Shown in pieces: positions 47,998 to 61,233 of a stretch of DNA of 64,000 nt; position 1 is the stretch's first letter; the number at the start of each line of letters is the position of its first letter. The notes beneath the pieces were generated by a model, which was given only the letters and a program-made list of their open reading frames with translations, ran no database searches and was not told the DNA's origin. This DNA comes from Lepidodermella squamata (lineage: Eukaryota > Animalia > Gastrotricha), in NCBI GenBank assembly GCA_047495785.1, contig JBLDXI010000015.1, positions 3,720,001 through 3,784,000 on the forward strand. The letters are read 5' to 3'. Position numbers and translations under genes: made by a program.

Positions 47998-50900
47998 TTA
48001 TAACGCTTCTGTTTCTGTGGTAGAATGGGCACCTTCAGTCGCCCGATGGTCAGCAAAAACATCCGGAGGAGGGCTTATCGAAACAGTCGTGACTTCTGGA
48101 ACGGCTGTTACTGGTAGATCATTGGCGTTATCAGTAATCGGTGGGACAACTGGCCTCGGCAGGGTGTCTATATGCGGAGATGGCGCCAACATCTCTTCTT
48201 CACCAGTTTTCTTCAACGGCGCTGAAACTGGTCGAGTTTTACCGCTAGATGAAGGCTTCTTTGCATTACCGTTTGCTTTGACGGAAGTAGATGGCGCCTT
48301 TTTCTGTTTCTTAGCCACGTTACCTTTGGGCAGAGGTGCTACAACAACCGGATCGCCACTTGAAGACAACGATTCTGAAACTGTAGTAACTGAGTTCGAA
48401 CTTCGCATATGCCCAGCTCCACGGCCTTGAGGAGGCCCAGCGTTTTGCAGGACTGGCCGAAACGATGCCCGGCGAAAAACTTGATTAATAGTTGAACGAT
48501 TAGGCCTGAAGCTGGCATGCCTTGCCGGGGTGTGAACCGCGCAAACGTGAACAAATAGTGCCATAATTGCAATCACGGCTATTCCGATCAGCATAACAGC
48601 CCACCAGTACTTCTCCACCCATTCGCGTATACTTGACATGGATGAGTCGGAGAAGGGCCCATCTTTCAGCCGAGATAGCGAAGCGTCGGTATTAGCTGAC
48701 CTGCATTTCCGAAAAACATCGCAGTAGCCGAGGTCGTTATCACACGGAGCTCCGGCCATTAGTTGAATAGGTTGGCCTTTGTTTGTCATGTTCAAAAAGG
48801 CTTTGAATCTCGGCTCGAAGTCTCGAACTTTCAGTATATTCAGGGAGTTGTGGCAGATTCCAGTATCTGGGGCGCGGCAAGCTAGGAAGCAAAGTTCGGA
48901 ACGGTTGACGTTTGACCCGTCGCCGACACGCTCTGGTTGGCACCCGGTATAGCTCAGGCCGCGAGTTTCATCGATTATCAATTCGCAGCTCGAAACTGAG
49001 CATTCACCTGATCGGCACATTTTCGTCATTTCGCCGCATAATTTACCATCGGGTTCCGGCGATCCTTTCGGGCAGGCTGCACCTTTCCCACTATAATAGA
49101 AAAAATTACGGGTTTTTTGAGTGTGAATTTGAGCGGAAACTTACTCGCAAGTTGCGCTTTTGAAGCAATCGCCAGCTTGTCGGCAAACGTACCGGCTCGC
49201 CTCGGTTCGAAATGAGCAAGTTCTAACGTCGCAACAGGCTCCGTTGCTCAAGCTGCACTGAACAGCTTTCGAGCTCACATTTCGGCCGCCAACTGTTTTT
49301 CGGAGTTTGCAACGCGCCATTGGGTTCGGGTCGTCGGCCGGACCGCAGCAGTTAGCATCTGGGCCGCAATCGTCGCCGAAACCACAGTCGCACTCTTCAC
49401 CAGGGTCGACAATGGAATTTCCGCAAAACTGAACCGAAGCTAATAAAAATTCGAACAATTTTAGAAATAGGTCTAAATAGTGATAAAAATAAAATTGGGG
49501 TTCCAGCACCAAATTTGAGTGACTAGGCGCTATCATTTCCTTAACGATTTCGGCCTTTTTTCTTGATATCAAGCGTGCCCCAGAGTTGCGCAACTATTCT
49601 TTGATTTGGCAGCTTTTTGTTTGAAATTCAACTCCTTTTATTGGATTAAAGAGACTGAAAGAATGTTCCATCTTTTAAAAGCGATTTAACCGAAGAAATT
49701 ATTTTTTTTACCGGAGAATAATTGGAAACCCCGAAACCCCGAAACCCCGAAAACCCGGAAACTGGTTCGGTAACTTTCGGTATTTTACCCCGTTATCCCC
49801 GGAATTTTTTAATTCCATTAACTAACATACTTGATGGCTATTCTCGTGATTTTTGAATTTTTCCTAAATTTTCTGGCCATGAGAAATGACTTCGTCTCTC
49901 ATTTTAGAGATTCTGAACCTTTTCCGTGCCCTTGCCTGCATTACTTAGGGGACACGCTGTAATTTAGTACTGGAACCCTAAAATTTTAACGTGTGCACAT
50001 ATGAAATTTCGGTAAAACAAACCTTTCAAGCAATTGAGCGAGGTTGGGTTGGTGATAATTTGCTTCAAATTTTTCGCTATCGAATCCCGGCTGCAGTAAC
50101 TGAACTTTTGATTATTCGGCTTTTCGCCCGTATTCGCTGATGAGTACATGATATAATTTCCCTGACTTCCACCCGGGTAGCATTGCGGATCTGCAATCTG
50201 ACCCTCCGCAGCCGTATTGTCGTGTTGAGCACCGAACGAGTGTCCCAACTCGTGGGCGAATGTTGTAGCTGAGACCAGCCTATTGACTATTTCGCCATAA
50301 TTTAATTGCGTGATAATACCGGCATTTAGCGACTGCAGCCCATAGCGGGTCGGGCCGAATCTGTCGCAAATACCGCCTCGTTGAATCATATCAGGGTAGT
50401 GGATCCAAGCCAGGCCGAGCACTCCGTTCGAAAAATCGCGAAGGGTGAATAAAAACGACACGCAATACAGGTCGTAATTAACGCGTGAAACCAGGTTCAA
50501 AAACGCAGTCGGGTCCAGGTTGGTAATTTGTTCCGCGGGGCGAACTTGGAAAGCTCGCGCGAATTCGGATTCTGTCTGGTAGATTTTCGTGCGAACTACC
50601 GCCATTTGAACGTTGCGATACGGCCCAGCTGTGATTCCATCAGCAGATGAAAAATTTGTGCTCAGATAAATAGCATTCGTAGTTCGAGTGACAAAATCAA
50701 GGTAGGACATAATATTAGCAACGGCCATGTTCTAAAAATAAATAAATAAATAAAAAAGGCCACCTTAATAAATAAAAAACTCACATCTGATTTCGTTTCT
50801 TGGTAAAATTTTTCATAAAGCAAATGATCGACTTGCATGAAGACCCCGCATACTTTTGGGACAGCTAAAGGATTGCTAATTAGCATCACAGGCTCAGATG

Positions 50901-51627
50901 AAGCTGGCGCCTCCCGACGATGCCGAGTATCTTCATGGATGTGATCTTTCAACTTCGAACTAATTCCTTCATGAGCCCAACCACAGGTTGAAGATTCATG
51001 GCTGACCTCGCGCCGTCTTCGATTACTCGCGACATTTACGTCAGAAGATCGATAAACAACAGATACACGGTCGGAATTCAGCGGTCTGAGTTTCGCGAAT
51101 TTTTCGGCATTTTCTATGACGTAACGCGTGCCGGCGACGTTGATTTCGCCCTGGAATCGGCCATCGATTATCGAGCCGTGAACGTCAGAATCTTTTTCGT
51201 AGCCGAGAACCTTTCCGGCGACTAAAATGTCCAGCAAATTGAAGTCGAAAACTTTCCGCGTATCGCCTATTTCAATCACATGATCGCTGGTAAATGAAGA
51301 AGTGTCCGGGTGGAGTAGTAAAGTAAAAGATCTAAAAAATTAGCTATAAATTAAAACCGAACAAAATTAAAATGAAACCAACTTATTGAAAGCACGAATT
51401 TCATGAATAATATCGCCGTTGTAATTTATCGACCTTCTCTGGCGAGAATTATGAGATTGGTCTGATAGCTCGTAGTATGATACAAAATCGTCGAGCCACT
51501 CGGCTGGAAAAAACACAAAATAATTATTCGTAATTTATTGTAAAAAATTATAATTTTTACCTGCAAAAATTGACGCCGGGATAAAATATATTAGAAAAAA
51601 TATCGAGGTTGTAGAAAAATGACGCAT
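47998..51627 (-). CDS. ADAM10: ADAM10/kuzbanian-like metalloprotease-disintegrin (multi-exon)
   Basis: Signal peptide MRHFSTTSIFFLIYFIPASIFA; prodomain with RRRR and RHRR furin sites; zinc motif HELGHSFGAQHD; Met-turn GNYIMY; disintegrin CGNSIVDPGEECDCG; GAPCDNDLGYCDVFRKCR; TM followed by CAVHTP. Confidence 0.92.
49497..49978. mobile_element. MITE in an ADAM10 intron
   Basis: Imperfect TIRs GGGTTCCAGCACCAAATT / AATTTAGTACTGGAACCC; internal GAAACCCC repeats. Confidence 0.55.
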
Positions 51628-53173
51628 CGTAATTGGCAAGCACGGTCGACCTATTAAAGACTCGAATTCAGCTTGTCAGCAGGCAATAAAATTCCATCTG
51701 CTTTGTTCGTGAAATTTTTCCTATAATTTAAAATGAAATTATTGAATCACTTGATGACCAGTCGTCGAAAAAACAGTGGGAGTACTCATAATATAATGAA
51801 GAAACACTTTGCACGCTACAGCAGGTATACTTAATAAGCTACAACACGTGCGGAAAAAATGCGTTTGTGTGTCTAGTGTTGATGAGAGTGGTTGGTAAAA
51901 AATCTTATAATGTTGCCATTGTAAATAATATCTTTTATAGTGAGGGCATGTTGAAAGTTGTAGTATACATGCGAGACGTCGGCTCAGAGTGGCGCATTTG
52001 TCGCGCGTTAAATGTGTTCGTTTTGACACAAGATTGTATAAAGGCTAAAGATACCTAACCAGACTACACACGTAGTGACACATTTACCTATGCCATTTTA
52101 CTGCATACTACGTGAGCATTCGGCAAAAATGCAGGTATACTATATGTGCTCAGATATTTTTTATAATAAATATTATCCGCATATTTGCATAGAAGCAGAA
52201 TGAAAAACAGGTGAAAGTGAAGTGCCTATTTAAAGGTTGTACCTTTCCGCTTGATATAAGCTGAGCTACTCTAGGCAAAAGAAAATATGAGTAATCGCAG
52301 CGGGTCCGTTTTTCGAAAAATAATAATTAAAATTATTCCAACACCGGTTTATGACAGGGTGCATCAAAGCGTGCCATGAATCAGGCTTGACGCCGCCTTT
52401 CATGCGTTGCTAATAAATTACCTGGACACACAAAACTGGCCTGTGGTGTGGTCGTCTAGCTATTCATTATGAGGTAAAGTGCGTCATCCGTTTTTTTATG
52501 TCGCTGAGTGTGCGCGCGTGTGCGGCTAATGTTCAAAAATACCTGGAGGAAAATCCGCTGAATGTAGAGTCGGCGCCATGATGGCACTCGAGTTTGGATG
52601 TCTCGACGTCGCAACAAAGGCGAAAAATGAGGCCGACGGGCCTCTTGTTCAACCGCGGAAACTGTGCTGCTATAAGATAACGTTAATATATAAAGTGGTG
52701 CCTCTCTTAGATGGCCGAAAAATAGAGCGCAATAATTTCATTACCGCATGTTACACAGGCGCTGGATACGCTGCGAGGACCACGACAACATCACAAAGAG
52801 CAGACATCATATCCTCCTCCTATGCCCCCGACCCAATCTTACGAGCTCGCTAAGTGTAGGAATGACCGCGAGTCGCTAGCATATATATTGTTTGTTATTA
52901 ATAGAGCCTCGTGAACAAATTGCCGTATTGCATGGTAATATAATAATGCCTCGCAATAATACAGCGATAAATAATGCAGTCGCAGGCACACAGCGGTCAC
53001 CCGGCGTCCATTTTTCATCGACGTTCTCCTCGGCTTTGTTTTCTCACACCACTGCAGCATAAACACCTAATCGTACAACAAGCGTCTTCCTCTCACCCGA
53101 TAAAAACTCGAGCAAAAAATAACAACGAGACTTATTTATTTTAAATGAAGTTATTGAACCTAGTTGAAGATTG

Positions 53174-53838
53174 TTATTCGTACAGGTTAGGATAGCGCAT
53201 CATATTTCGCATGAAAAAACCGCGCATCGTGCCGCCATCGGGAGCCTTATCCCCCGGTGTTTTCACAACGAAATGGTAACAAGTTTTCGCCCATCCTCCA
53301 GTCGGTATCGAGACAACTAGATCATATAAGCCTCTTGTTAGTTCAGTGTAGTACTTCAACGGTCTTTCAGCCATGAACAACTGGAAAAACAAAAGTAAAA
53401 AAAAAAAGATGACAAATTTGATCTTTTTTACATCTTCGTTATTCGCAAGTCGTCGAAGTTTGACCCAGATTCCGTTTGTGGTTTTCACGGACATAGTCAC
53501 GGCGATGTAGGAATCTACTTCAATTTCTATTCGATGTCTAAATTCTTGCAATAGCCATGTGTTTCCGTTGCCAGTCGCGTTGCAAACAGTCTCCGTAAAA
53601 CATCCGAATTGATTGTGCTGAAAATATCAACTAAATTTAGAAAATAGCTTGATTCGCTGAAGCATTGTTACCGGCAACAAAGGAGCAGTCGGAGTTGGCA
53701 CAAGAGCTGATAATATTACCTAATGGTTATTTTTCGTAATTAATTTCGAGTTCAACTCTTACCTTTTTTGGTTTGCGCCGATGTTTGATGAAAGAAAGCT
53801 GAGCCAGCAGCAAAAATTAACAATATTTGAATTGACAT
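53174..53838 (-). CDS. Small putative secreted protein, paralog B (multi-exon; 5' exon phases not resolved)
   Basis: Candidate signal peptide MSIQILLIFAAGSAFFHQTSA. Exons GCFTETVCNATGNGNTWLLQEFRHRI.. and LFMAERPLKYYTELTRGLYDLVVSIPTGGWAKTCY resemble 53917-54546. Confidence 0.5.
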
Positions 53839-53916
53839 AATTTATATGTCTAAAAAATATAAAATACTTCAATTCATAAGCTTTTACTGAGTTGAAATAA
53901 GAATCGTTTTATAATT

Positions 53917-54546
53917 TCATCGTTTCCCGGTTTGGGACATTCGCCGTGGGAATTTTCGCTCCTCGGCCATGACATCTTCGGGCATTCGCGATACCAGACT
54001 GAAACAGCATTTGACCGTATGACCAGGCGGAATGGACACCGTGATTTCATAGACGGCCGGCGCCAGCAATGTCCTATATTCCGTCGGCTTTCTAGCGACG
54101 AAGACGTCCTATACGAAAAATTGACAGTTTCAAAGGATCATATTTGCAATTTTATCACCTTTGCCAGGTTCGGGGCGTTTGTTGGAACTTGTTTCAAACG
54201 TGCATAAACGTTTTCAAGTGATGGCATTGCCATGAATTTCAGCGTGAAGTAGCTTCCGAGTTCAGATTCCTGTAAGCCCTGAAGTGAGTGAGTAAAATTC
54301 TGCAGCACCATATCATCTTTGTTATCGGCGGTGTCTGCGTCAAAAAATCAACATGAACAGATTCGCTTTATTAATTGAAATTTACCGATGAAGCAGTCAT
54401 CCTGAGTTTTCCTCTGAAATTTAATTATCAGATGGAGTTATAGATAGGGCAGTTACCGGACTTACGGGAGTGGCGATAGCCGAAACTAAGCTCAAGTATG
54501 TGAATAATACTGCGAATCCCACAGTTATCATCGTTCCGCGCGTCAT
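53917..54546 (-). CDS. Small putative secreted protein, paralog A (4 exons)
   Basis: Signal peptide MTRGTMITVGFAVLFTYLSLVSAIA; exons separated by ~50-nt GT-AG introns; DVFVARKPTEYRTLLAPAVYEITVSIPPGHTVKCCF. Confidence 0.6.
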
Positions 54547-54835
54547 TTTTGAATCTTCAAAAAAATTAAGACTCTGGTCTTATTCGCTTTATAACAAAAA
54601 GTTAGCGTTTTGCTCGTGCCTGTCTGCCAATTGTTTTTTCTGCCGCCATCACCTGGAGGCTCGAGCCGCAATATTTTTGCGGAGATTACGCGCAAAGCCA
54701 AAAACAAAGTGACAATAGTCCAAATATTTTTGCAAATACCACCGTGTTTTCTTAATTAAACAAGAGAAAAGTTGTTTCGTCAATCATTTTATTTCGCAGT
54801 TTTTAGAAAAAATATTTTTAATTAAACCACTCATT

Positions 54836-55372
54836 TCAAGACTTTTGTTGATTTTTCTGCTCTTGCTGTTCTTTGAGCTTGTGCGCTTTGTCTTCCTCAT
54901 CCAGCCGGCGCATGAAGTCTTCCGAGCGTTTGCGCCGCTTCAGCACAGAATCCGCTATTATTCCGACTCCAGTCCGGCGATATTCGGAGCGGCGTTGCAG
55001 GTACTCATCGGTGCATTTCGCGCGATACTCCTCGCTGGTATAATAACTATCCATACACGCCTTCATTTCGTTCGACTGCGGCCGGCAAGTCAAGAAAAAC
55101 GTGTACGAATTTTCAACAGCGCATTTGTTGAAAGCTGCGATGAAAAAAATCAATTATTAAGCTGGACTTTTCGTAATAATTTCACACCCACCGTCAATCA
55201 AATGTTTGCAATATTCTTTTTTCACATGTTCTTCCATGATTTTTGGAATTAAAATATCTTTCTCGACATTTCTCAGCGATCGGTCTTCAGGATCACCGAG
55301 GCCTAACGGACCGCCTCGTGTTGTAGCGGGTAGAACCGTGTAATTTTTCCAATGTTTATAAACTTCCTCCAT
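54836..55372 (-). CDS. CMC1: COX assembly mitochondrial protein (twin CX9C), 2 exons
   Basis: GPLGLGDPEDRSLRNVEKDILIPKIM..C-x9-C..C-x9-C..CTDEYLQRRSEYRRTG; one intron at ~55137-55191. Confidence 0.88.
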
Positions 55373-56043
55373 TTTAAACTCTAACTAAACACAAAAACAA
55401 ACACCTGATTGAAAAACTTTCTGATTTTTTTTAATATTTACAAAAACCTGTTGTGAACAACACGAACGAGCAAGAGACAATTCGCATGTAACAACAACAA
55501 TAAGTGTTACATGAGTACGATTAAATAATAATAATAATAGGTTAAATAATATATCGGCAATAGCTCTCAAGACGCAATTAATATAGCAAATACAAGAAGA
55601 GTCAGATGAAGGTTGTGAAGGCAGACATAAAACCGTTATAACACGCGGTTGAAGACACCCGCTAGTCATAAGCTAGTTACAATAGGTATGCTTCAACGGC
55701 TCATTTCGAAAACAAATAGTTGAGTCTCTAAATGGAAATACAATCGTAGTAAAAATGACTTGATTATTCGCGTCTATCAATGCCATCATCATACAGCCTT
55801 TCGCCGATCAAATTCTTTTCTTTAATTTATATCAACCTAAATTAACCAAACCCGGCGAAGAAGAAGAAATATAATATATGCGAAGGTACACTATAACAAT
55901 AAACTACGAAAAGCGCTTGTCGTTGACTGAAGTTCCAGTGATTTTTTATTCTTGTGCGTCTCAAGTGAAAATGCATCCAACAGTTTGATGATGAGAAGTT
56001 AGGACCGATCATGGCTGCGAGTTCCAAATCACAGTGCGCGCTC

Positions 56044-59000
56044 TCAGTAAGGTCTCGGCCGTCCATCGCCACGACCCCTGTAACACACAACAAATTATTC
56101 AAAATCTCAGTGGATTTTTAGGGTAGCTTACCGTCCGCGCATTGGGCCACCGCCGCCACCCCGAGGGCCTCCGCGATCACCCCCACGGTCGCCAAAACCA
56201 CCACGGCTGCCGCGAAAACCTGAGAAATCGGCTATTATAATCCGTTGAAAAATCAATTTCAAGCATTACCTCCTCGGCCTCCCCGGTCGCCGCCGCTGGG
56301 ATAGCCTCCACGATCGCCGCGGTCACCTCGTTGCTCGAAACCGCCACCTCCGCCGCCGCCCATTTCATCACCAACAACCTTGGCTGAGGGCGATTTCGGG
56401 GTCTTACACCGATTGCACTCGGTGCGAAATTTGAAGTTGTTATTGCCGCACTGTGTGCAAATCCAGTCGCCGGGTTTCATACCGCCAGGAGGCGCGCCGG
56501 GTCCGCCAGGTCCACTCGGTCCGCCTCGATCACCCCCACGACCGCGCGAGCCTCCCCGGGGTCCGCCGTAACCACCCCGGTCACCGCGATCACCATAGCC
56601 ACCTTAAAAAAGTATTGAAATTATTAACAAATTCTAGTCAAATTTGACGTGTTCTCACTCTCACCTGGACCGCCGCTACCACCACGACCCCCGCCGCCAT
56701 ACGGAGGAGGGCCTTGGTTGTAGTACGAGCCCGGTCCACCGGAGCCTGGGGGCGGCCCATAATTGCCAGGAGGGCCCCGAGATTGAGGCGGTCCGCCGTA
56801 GCCACCGCCATTGCCCTGCTGACCGCCGTAGTGACCACCGCCATAGCCACCCTGCGGGGGAGGGATCGGCCCAGGCGGGCCACCAGACGACTTGCTGCCC
56901 ATACCAGGCGCAGATCCATAGTCCTTCGGCTTACGAGCGCCTTCAACGTGCAGAGTCGAGCCACGGAGTTGAGTTCCATTCATCCATTGAACTGCGCATT
57001 GGGCTGAGCTGGTATTTTCGAAAACGATCAGAGCATCACCCTTAGCACGGCCTGTCTTCTTATCGCGGTAGATGGTGACTGCAGGTTGGCAGGTGACGGG
57101 GTCAAACTTGATGGTACCAGCTCGTGCGAAAAACTGGGCCAGTTCCACCTCTGTCGCATCGAGTGGGATGTTTGTGATGTAGACAGCTTCGTTATCGACG
57201 GGGTTGCCTTGCGGGGGACCAGACGAGCCGTTACCAGACTGTGAGCTGCCAGAAGCTGGTGGGACAGGAGCAGGCGCGGAACCTATTATTCATTCCGCGA
57301 ATAGAGAACACAGAATTAGCTGTGGTAAAACCTTTTACTAAACCCTTCGTTTACTCATCTAAAACACTCTCGTTTAACCCATATGGGACACACCCTTCAA
57401 GTATAGATCAATAACCATATAACAAGGTGGCGATAACTCCCAATTCTATCGAATTGAACCATTTAATACCGGAATATTTTTGTTTTGTATCCGTATGTTG
57501 TCGTGAACCCAGCGGTTTTTACAGTATATATCAGTGGAATTCGTGACCCAAATTGATTAAGGAGGATCATTTAATGAATACCCGGCGCACACGTGTTTAT
57601 TACTAGGCAATATGTTACTTGTTTCAACGTACCATAACTCGAACCACCAGAATAATTTGAAGCCGACGTCGCTCCGCTAAACACGTTGTCGAAGAAAATG
57701 AACACAAGTTGTTAATTTCGGACGAAACAGTCTCGATTCGGTGATAGGTAGTATTGTGTGTTATGACATGTGATTGCTTCACATTCCCTAAAACAAGTCC
57801 CCGCTGGCCTGCTTTTACTCATGGCCGCGATCTCTGGTCTTGAAAACACCTCACGTCAAGGCTAATTTCAGCTTTCAAAATATAAACAGTCATTTAAATA
57901 GGTAAATAACCAAAACCAAGCTGAGCTACCGCTTGTTATCAGATTTGCTGTGCTTTCCGTTAATTATGTGGTGTAACTTGGATAGATGAAAGCTTTCAAC
58001 ACAACATGTAAATTCAAGAAAAGGAGTCGAGAAAACCAAAATACACAGTCATCATGATACAAGTCACATTGCAGGTAGTTCCGTTTGATTCGAAACGGCA
58101 ATCCGATTGGTTACACGTAAGGCTGAAACGTTGTAATTAGACTCGATACTCCAAAACCTGGCTTTTGTATAGCAGTTTCGTAGTTCGTTGTTCAAAAAAA
58201 TAATTAGACAATCGGAAAATATATTACATGCATAATTGAAGAACATATTACATCCAAGTCGTTAAGCCTGTGCACTTGTACAACTAACTCTTCAGCTAAA
58301 CATCATTAAATTAAGAGATATGAGCCGAACATAAGAATTGTCAATGACGCATGTCTCGCCAATTATTATCCTGTCATGAAACTTAATCAATTAATCACAA
58401 GTTTACATAGATTATCAAACCGGTAAGCCCAAAGTCTATAGTGTAAACTTTGGACTGGGCTAACACACCAGGTTCTGGTGAAGTGAGGTTAATGTCATGT
58501 TGTTTTCTAGCTTCTAGCAAATACTTGGTTTTTAATAATGAAACATTAATTCTGCGGTTTCCTAATAAACTATACACATAATTTCAATAAAACCTCACTT
58601 CACTTAACGGGGTGCCGAACTCTAACGTTGATTCTTTTGAAACCGAAATAAACTATGACGCGATAAGTTGAGTTGTTAACATGCCAAAGATTGAAGCAAA
58701 ACAGCCAAGCGTCAACTGAATGTTGGGATCGTTAGGACAATATTTCATCTCTTTAAAACCATGAGGCAAAAGGATCATAAAAAATTGCTTTGCGGAAAAC
58801 CGAGGCAACATAAAAAACCGAGGTGTAGGAGATTTGAGCAAAGTTATACGTATAGCGCGCATCATATAGCGATAACTCCGGGAAAAATTTACACAAAGTA
58901 ACTGGAGTAACAACTAGAGCATATCGATATACCGAACAAACACAGTGCTAATCCAGATCCGTGATCGTAAAAATACTCAGAAAATAAAAATTACGTCAAT

Positions 59001-59418
59001 ACTCACCCATAAGAGCCATAACCACCCGCTGCACCAGATGGGGGACCCGATTGTGAGTAACTCTGAGAAGCCGGCGGCCTGGATGGCGGAGGAGCACTTC
59101 CGTAGCCTGCAAATACAATGAAGATTAACTCGGATAAAAACACCATTATTTATTCCTAGAAACATACTACCATAAATTGGTTGAGAAGACCCACCAGTTC
59201 CCGGAGCGCCGGATTGGTAGCCTGAAGAGGCATACTGCCCGCTAGAGCTGTAACCTCCAGCACCGCCAGCTGAGGGCTGAGGAGGCTGTTGGTAAGGATC
59301 GCTGCCCGCGCCAGCGTAATTATAGTAGCTGAAAAATTTACGACGATTAACATCCGATCACAAATAATGTTGAGTTGAATACTTACTTTGCGGGAGGAAC
59401 AGAGGCCCCAGCGTACAT
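56044..59418 (-). CDS. FET-family RNA-binding protein (FUS/EWSR1/TAF15/cabeza-like), multi-exon
   Basis: SYGQ-rich N-terminal exons (59418-59007); micro-exon 57676-57633; RRM AVYITNIP..IYRDKKTGRAKGDALIVF; RGG tracts; RanBP2 zinc finger GDWICTQCGNNNFKFRTECNRCKTPK; C-terminal PY-NLS (..GRPRPY*). Confidence 0.92.
57932..58063 (-). ncRNA. Candidate intronic box C/D snoRNA
   Basis: Sense strand reads CTTGTATC-ATGATGA (C box)...CTGA (D box)-TAACAAG, with a terminal CTTGT/ACAAG stem. About 130 nt, in a long intron of the FET gene. No target identified. Confidence 0.45.
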
Positions 59419-61233
59419 TTCCTGATTCAGCGATATTTTATGCTGGTATGTAAGAGAAAACCTAAATAAAGCGTAACATTAAGCATTGATAGCTAATCCC
59501 CATTTGGAAGAAACGTTCAACAACAAACGACAAGAGGTTTCATTAAAATGATACGTCGGAAATTACAAGAATATTTCATGGGGGACTTAGTTTCAAGTCC
59601 TACAATACCACTTGATAAAACAGTCAACATGACAGCAGAATTCTGTCTTTCGTCTTTCGGTACACTTCTCACATTGCATTTACCGCGGAAGGTCTGATAA
59701 TTCTGAAAAGTCGAAGCTCAGAGCTCGACCGATTTCGAGGGTTCCAAAAACGTGTTAATATAGCATTCAAACTAAGGGATTCAACCGAGAACTGAGGAAA
59801 AATTGAAATAGCAGACGAGACTAAAAACGTATTTTTGAGCCCAGCCGAGTGCCGAGGCCTCAAGCCTCGACCATACACCAAAGATAATTTCACAAAAAGT
59901 AGTTTTTGAAAAGAAGAGATTACGTGCTCTACATCTGGTTTTGGAAAAGAAGTTCAATCAAGCGCTGTAGCATCGCCAACAAAGCCCAAAGCCCAACAAA
60001 AATATCGCGCTAAGGGAAGTGAAACAAAACTCTTTTCAGCAGATTTTGTTGTTGAGCAAAAAAATTTGGAAAAAGGGTCAAGTTTATAGGAGAAAAACAA
60101 TTTAACAACGAAAAATTATATAAATTTATTTTTGAATAATAATTGATATCTGATATTTGTTTGATGTAGCCAAATTGCCGCATGTTATTATTTAGATAAT
60201 TTCTCGATTTGGATTCAGTTTCGGGTATTTCCGATTTCTCGGTTATGAGTAGAGGGCGGAATACCGATGAGGACATTGGGTTTGGGTTGAATGCAGTCTT
60301 ATGTAGTCATACATTATCAGTGAAAAGTTTTTCTTGGGTCCATCCCGCAGAAATCTGGAACGCGCTACCAACCGTGGCTATGACCTTTGACCAAAACGCG
60401 ACATTTTCAGAACTGCAGTGGCTGTGCCCCAGCCACAAGCGGAGGTGTGAAATGTAAGTGATCCTTTTGCCCAAAAAATATTAGTAATCGCTAAGCGCTG
60501 TATGCAATCCCTCAGCATGATTAGTTTTAGGTTTGAGCTCCTCATTAAAATCAAACTCTCATTTCTGCGAAAGCAGACTGGCCTCTGCATAATATCTTGT
60601 TGCCAGTTTTGGCACAATCGTTTGCCTGTTCACAGTTAGAGGAGGGGTTACTTTACAGCATCTCTATATGGGCGATTCATGAGGAAGTACAAAGCTATCA
60701 AGTTCATCTATAAGGTGAAGGCAATGAGGAAGGTGAAAAGGTAAAGATCGTTCGCGTTCCTAACTGCTGTTCACGGGGCGACTGTCCGCGGATACGGCGG
60801 CGCAGTTTCTAGGGTAACAAAAAAAATGGCAGGTAAACACATTTTATTCACACATGTTTACAATAAATTTTGGATGCTGGCTTATGAAAAATGATCACCA
60901 CAGCGATCACCTCCGCTTCATTTTTAAGCGGCTTTAGAATGTTATTATTTTGGAGTTTAATATAATATGTTGAACTAACAAGATTCTTCTGATGTGATAA
61001 TTGTCCGCTTTTGTCATATTTTATCGGCTGTAGTGCGATTGACCTGCGAATGTAAATGCGATAAGTTTTCATTTAAGAAACCACCTTCTACCGCGATAAG
61101 TATTTTTATTGTGCTCGAAAAATCATAAACCATTCATTAGAATGTCTTATAATGGGTCCCTGCTTGCGTTTTCGAACGATGAGTATCGATGAAACGAGCA
61201 TAGATACTATGTTCTTTGTCGAATTTCGAATTT

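Noticed and set aside
60209-60457. ORF with SFSW..EIWNALP resembling a LINE ORF2 C-terminus
   Set aside because: A single short motif with no RT domain nearby is too weak to annotate.
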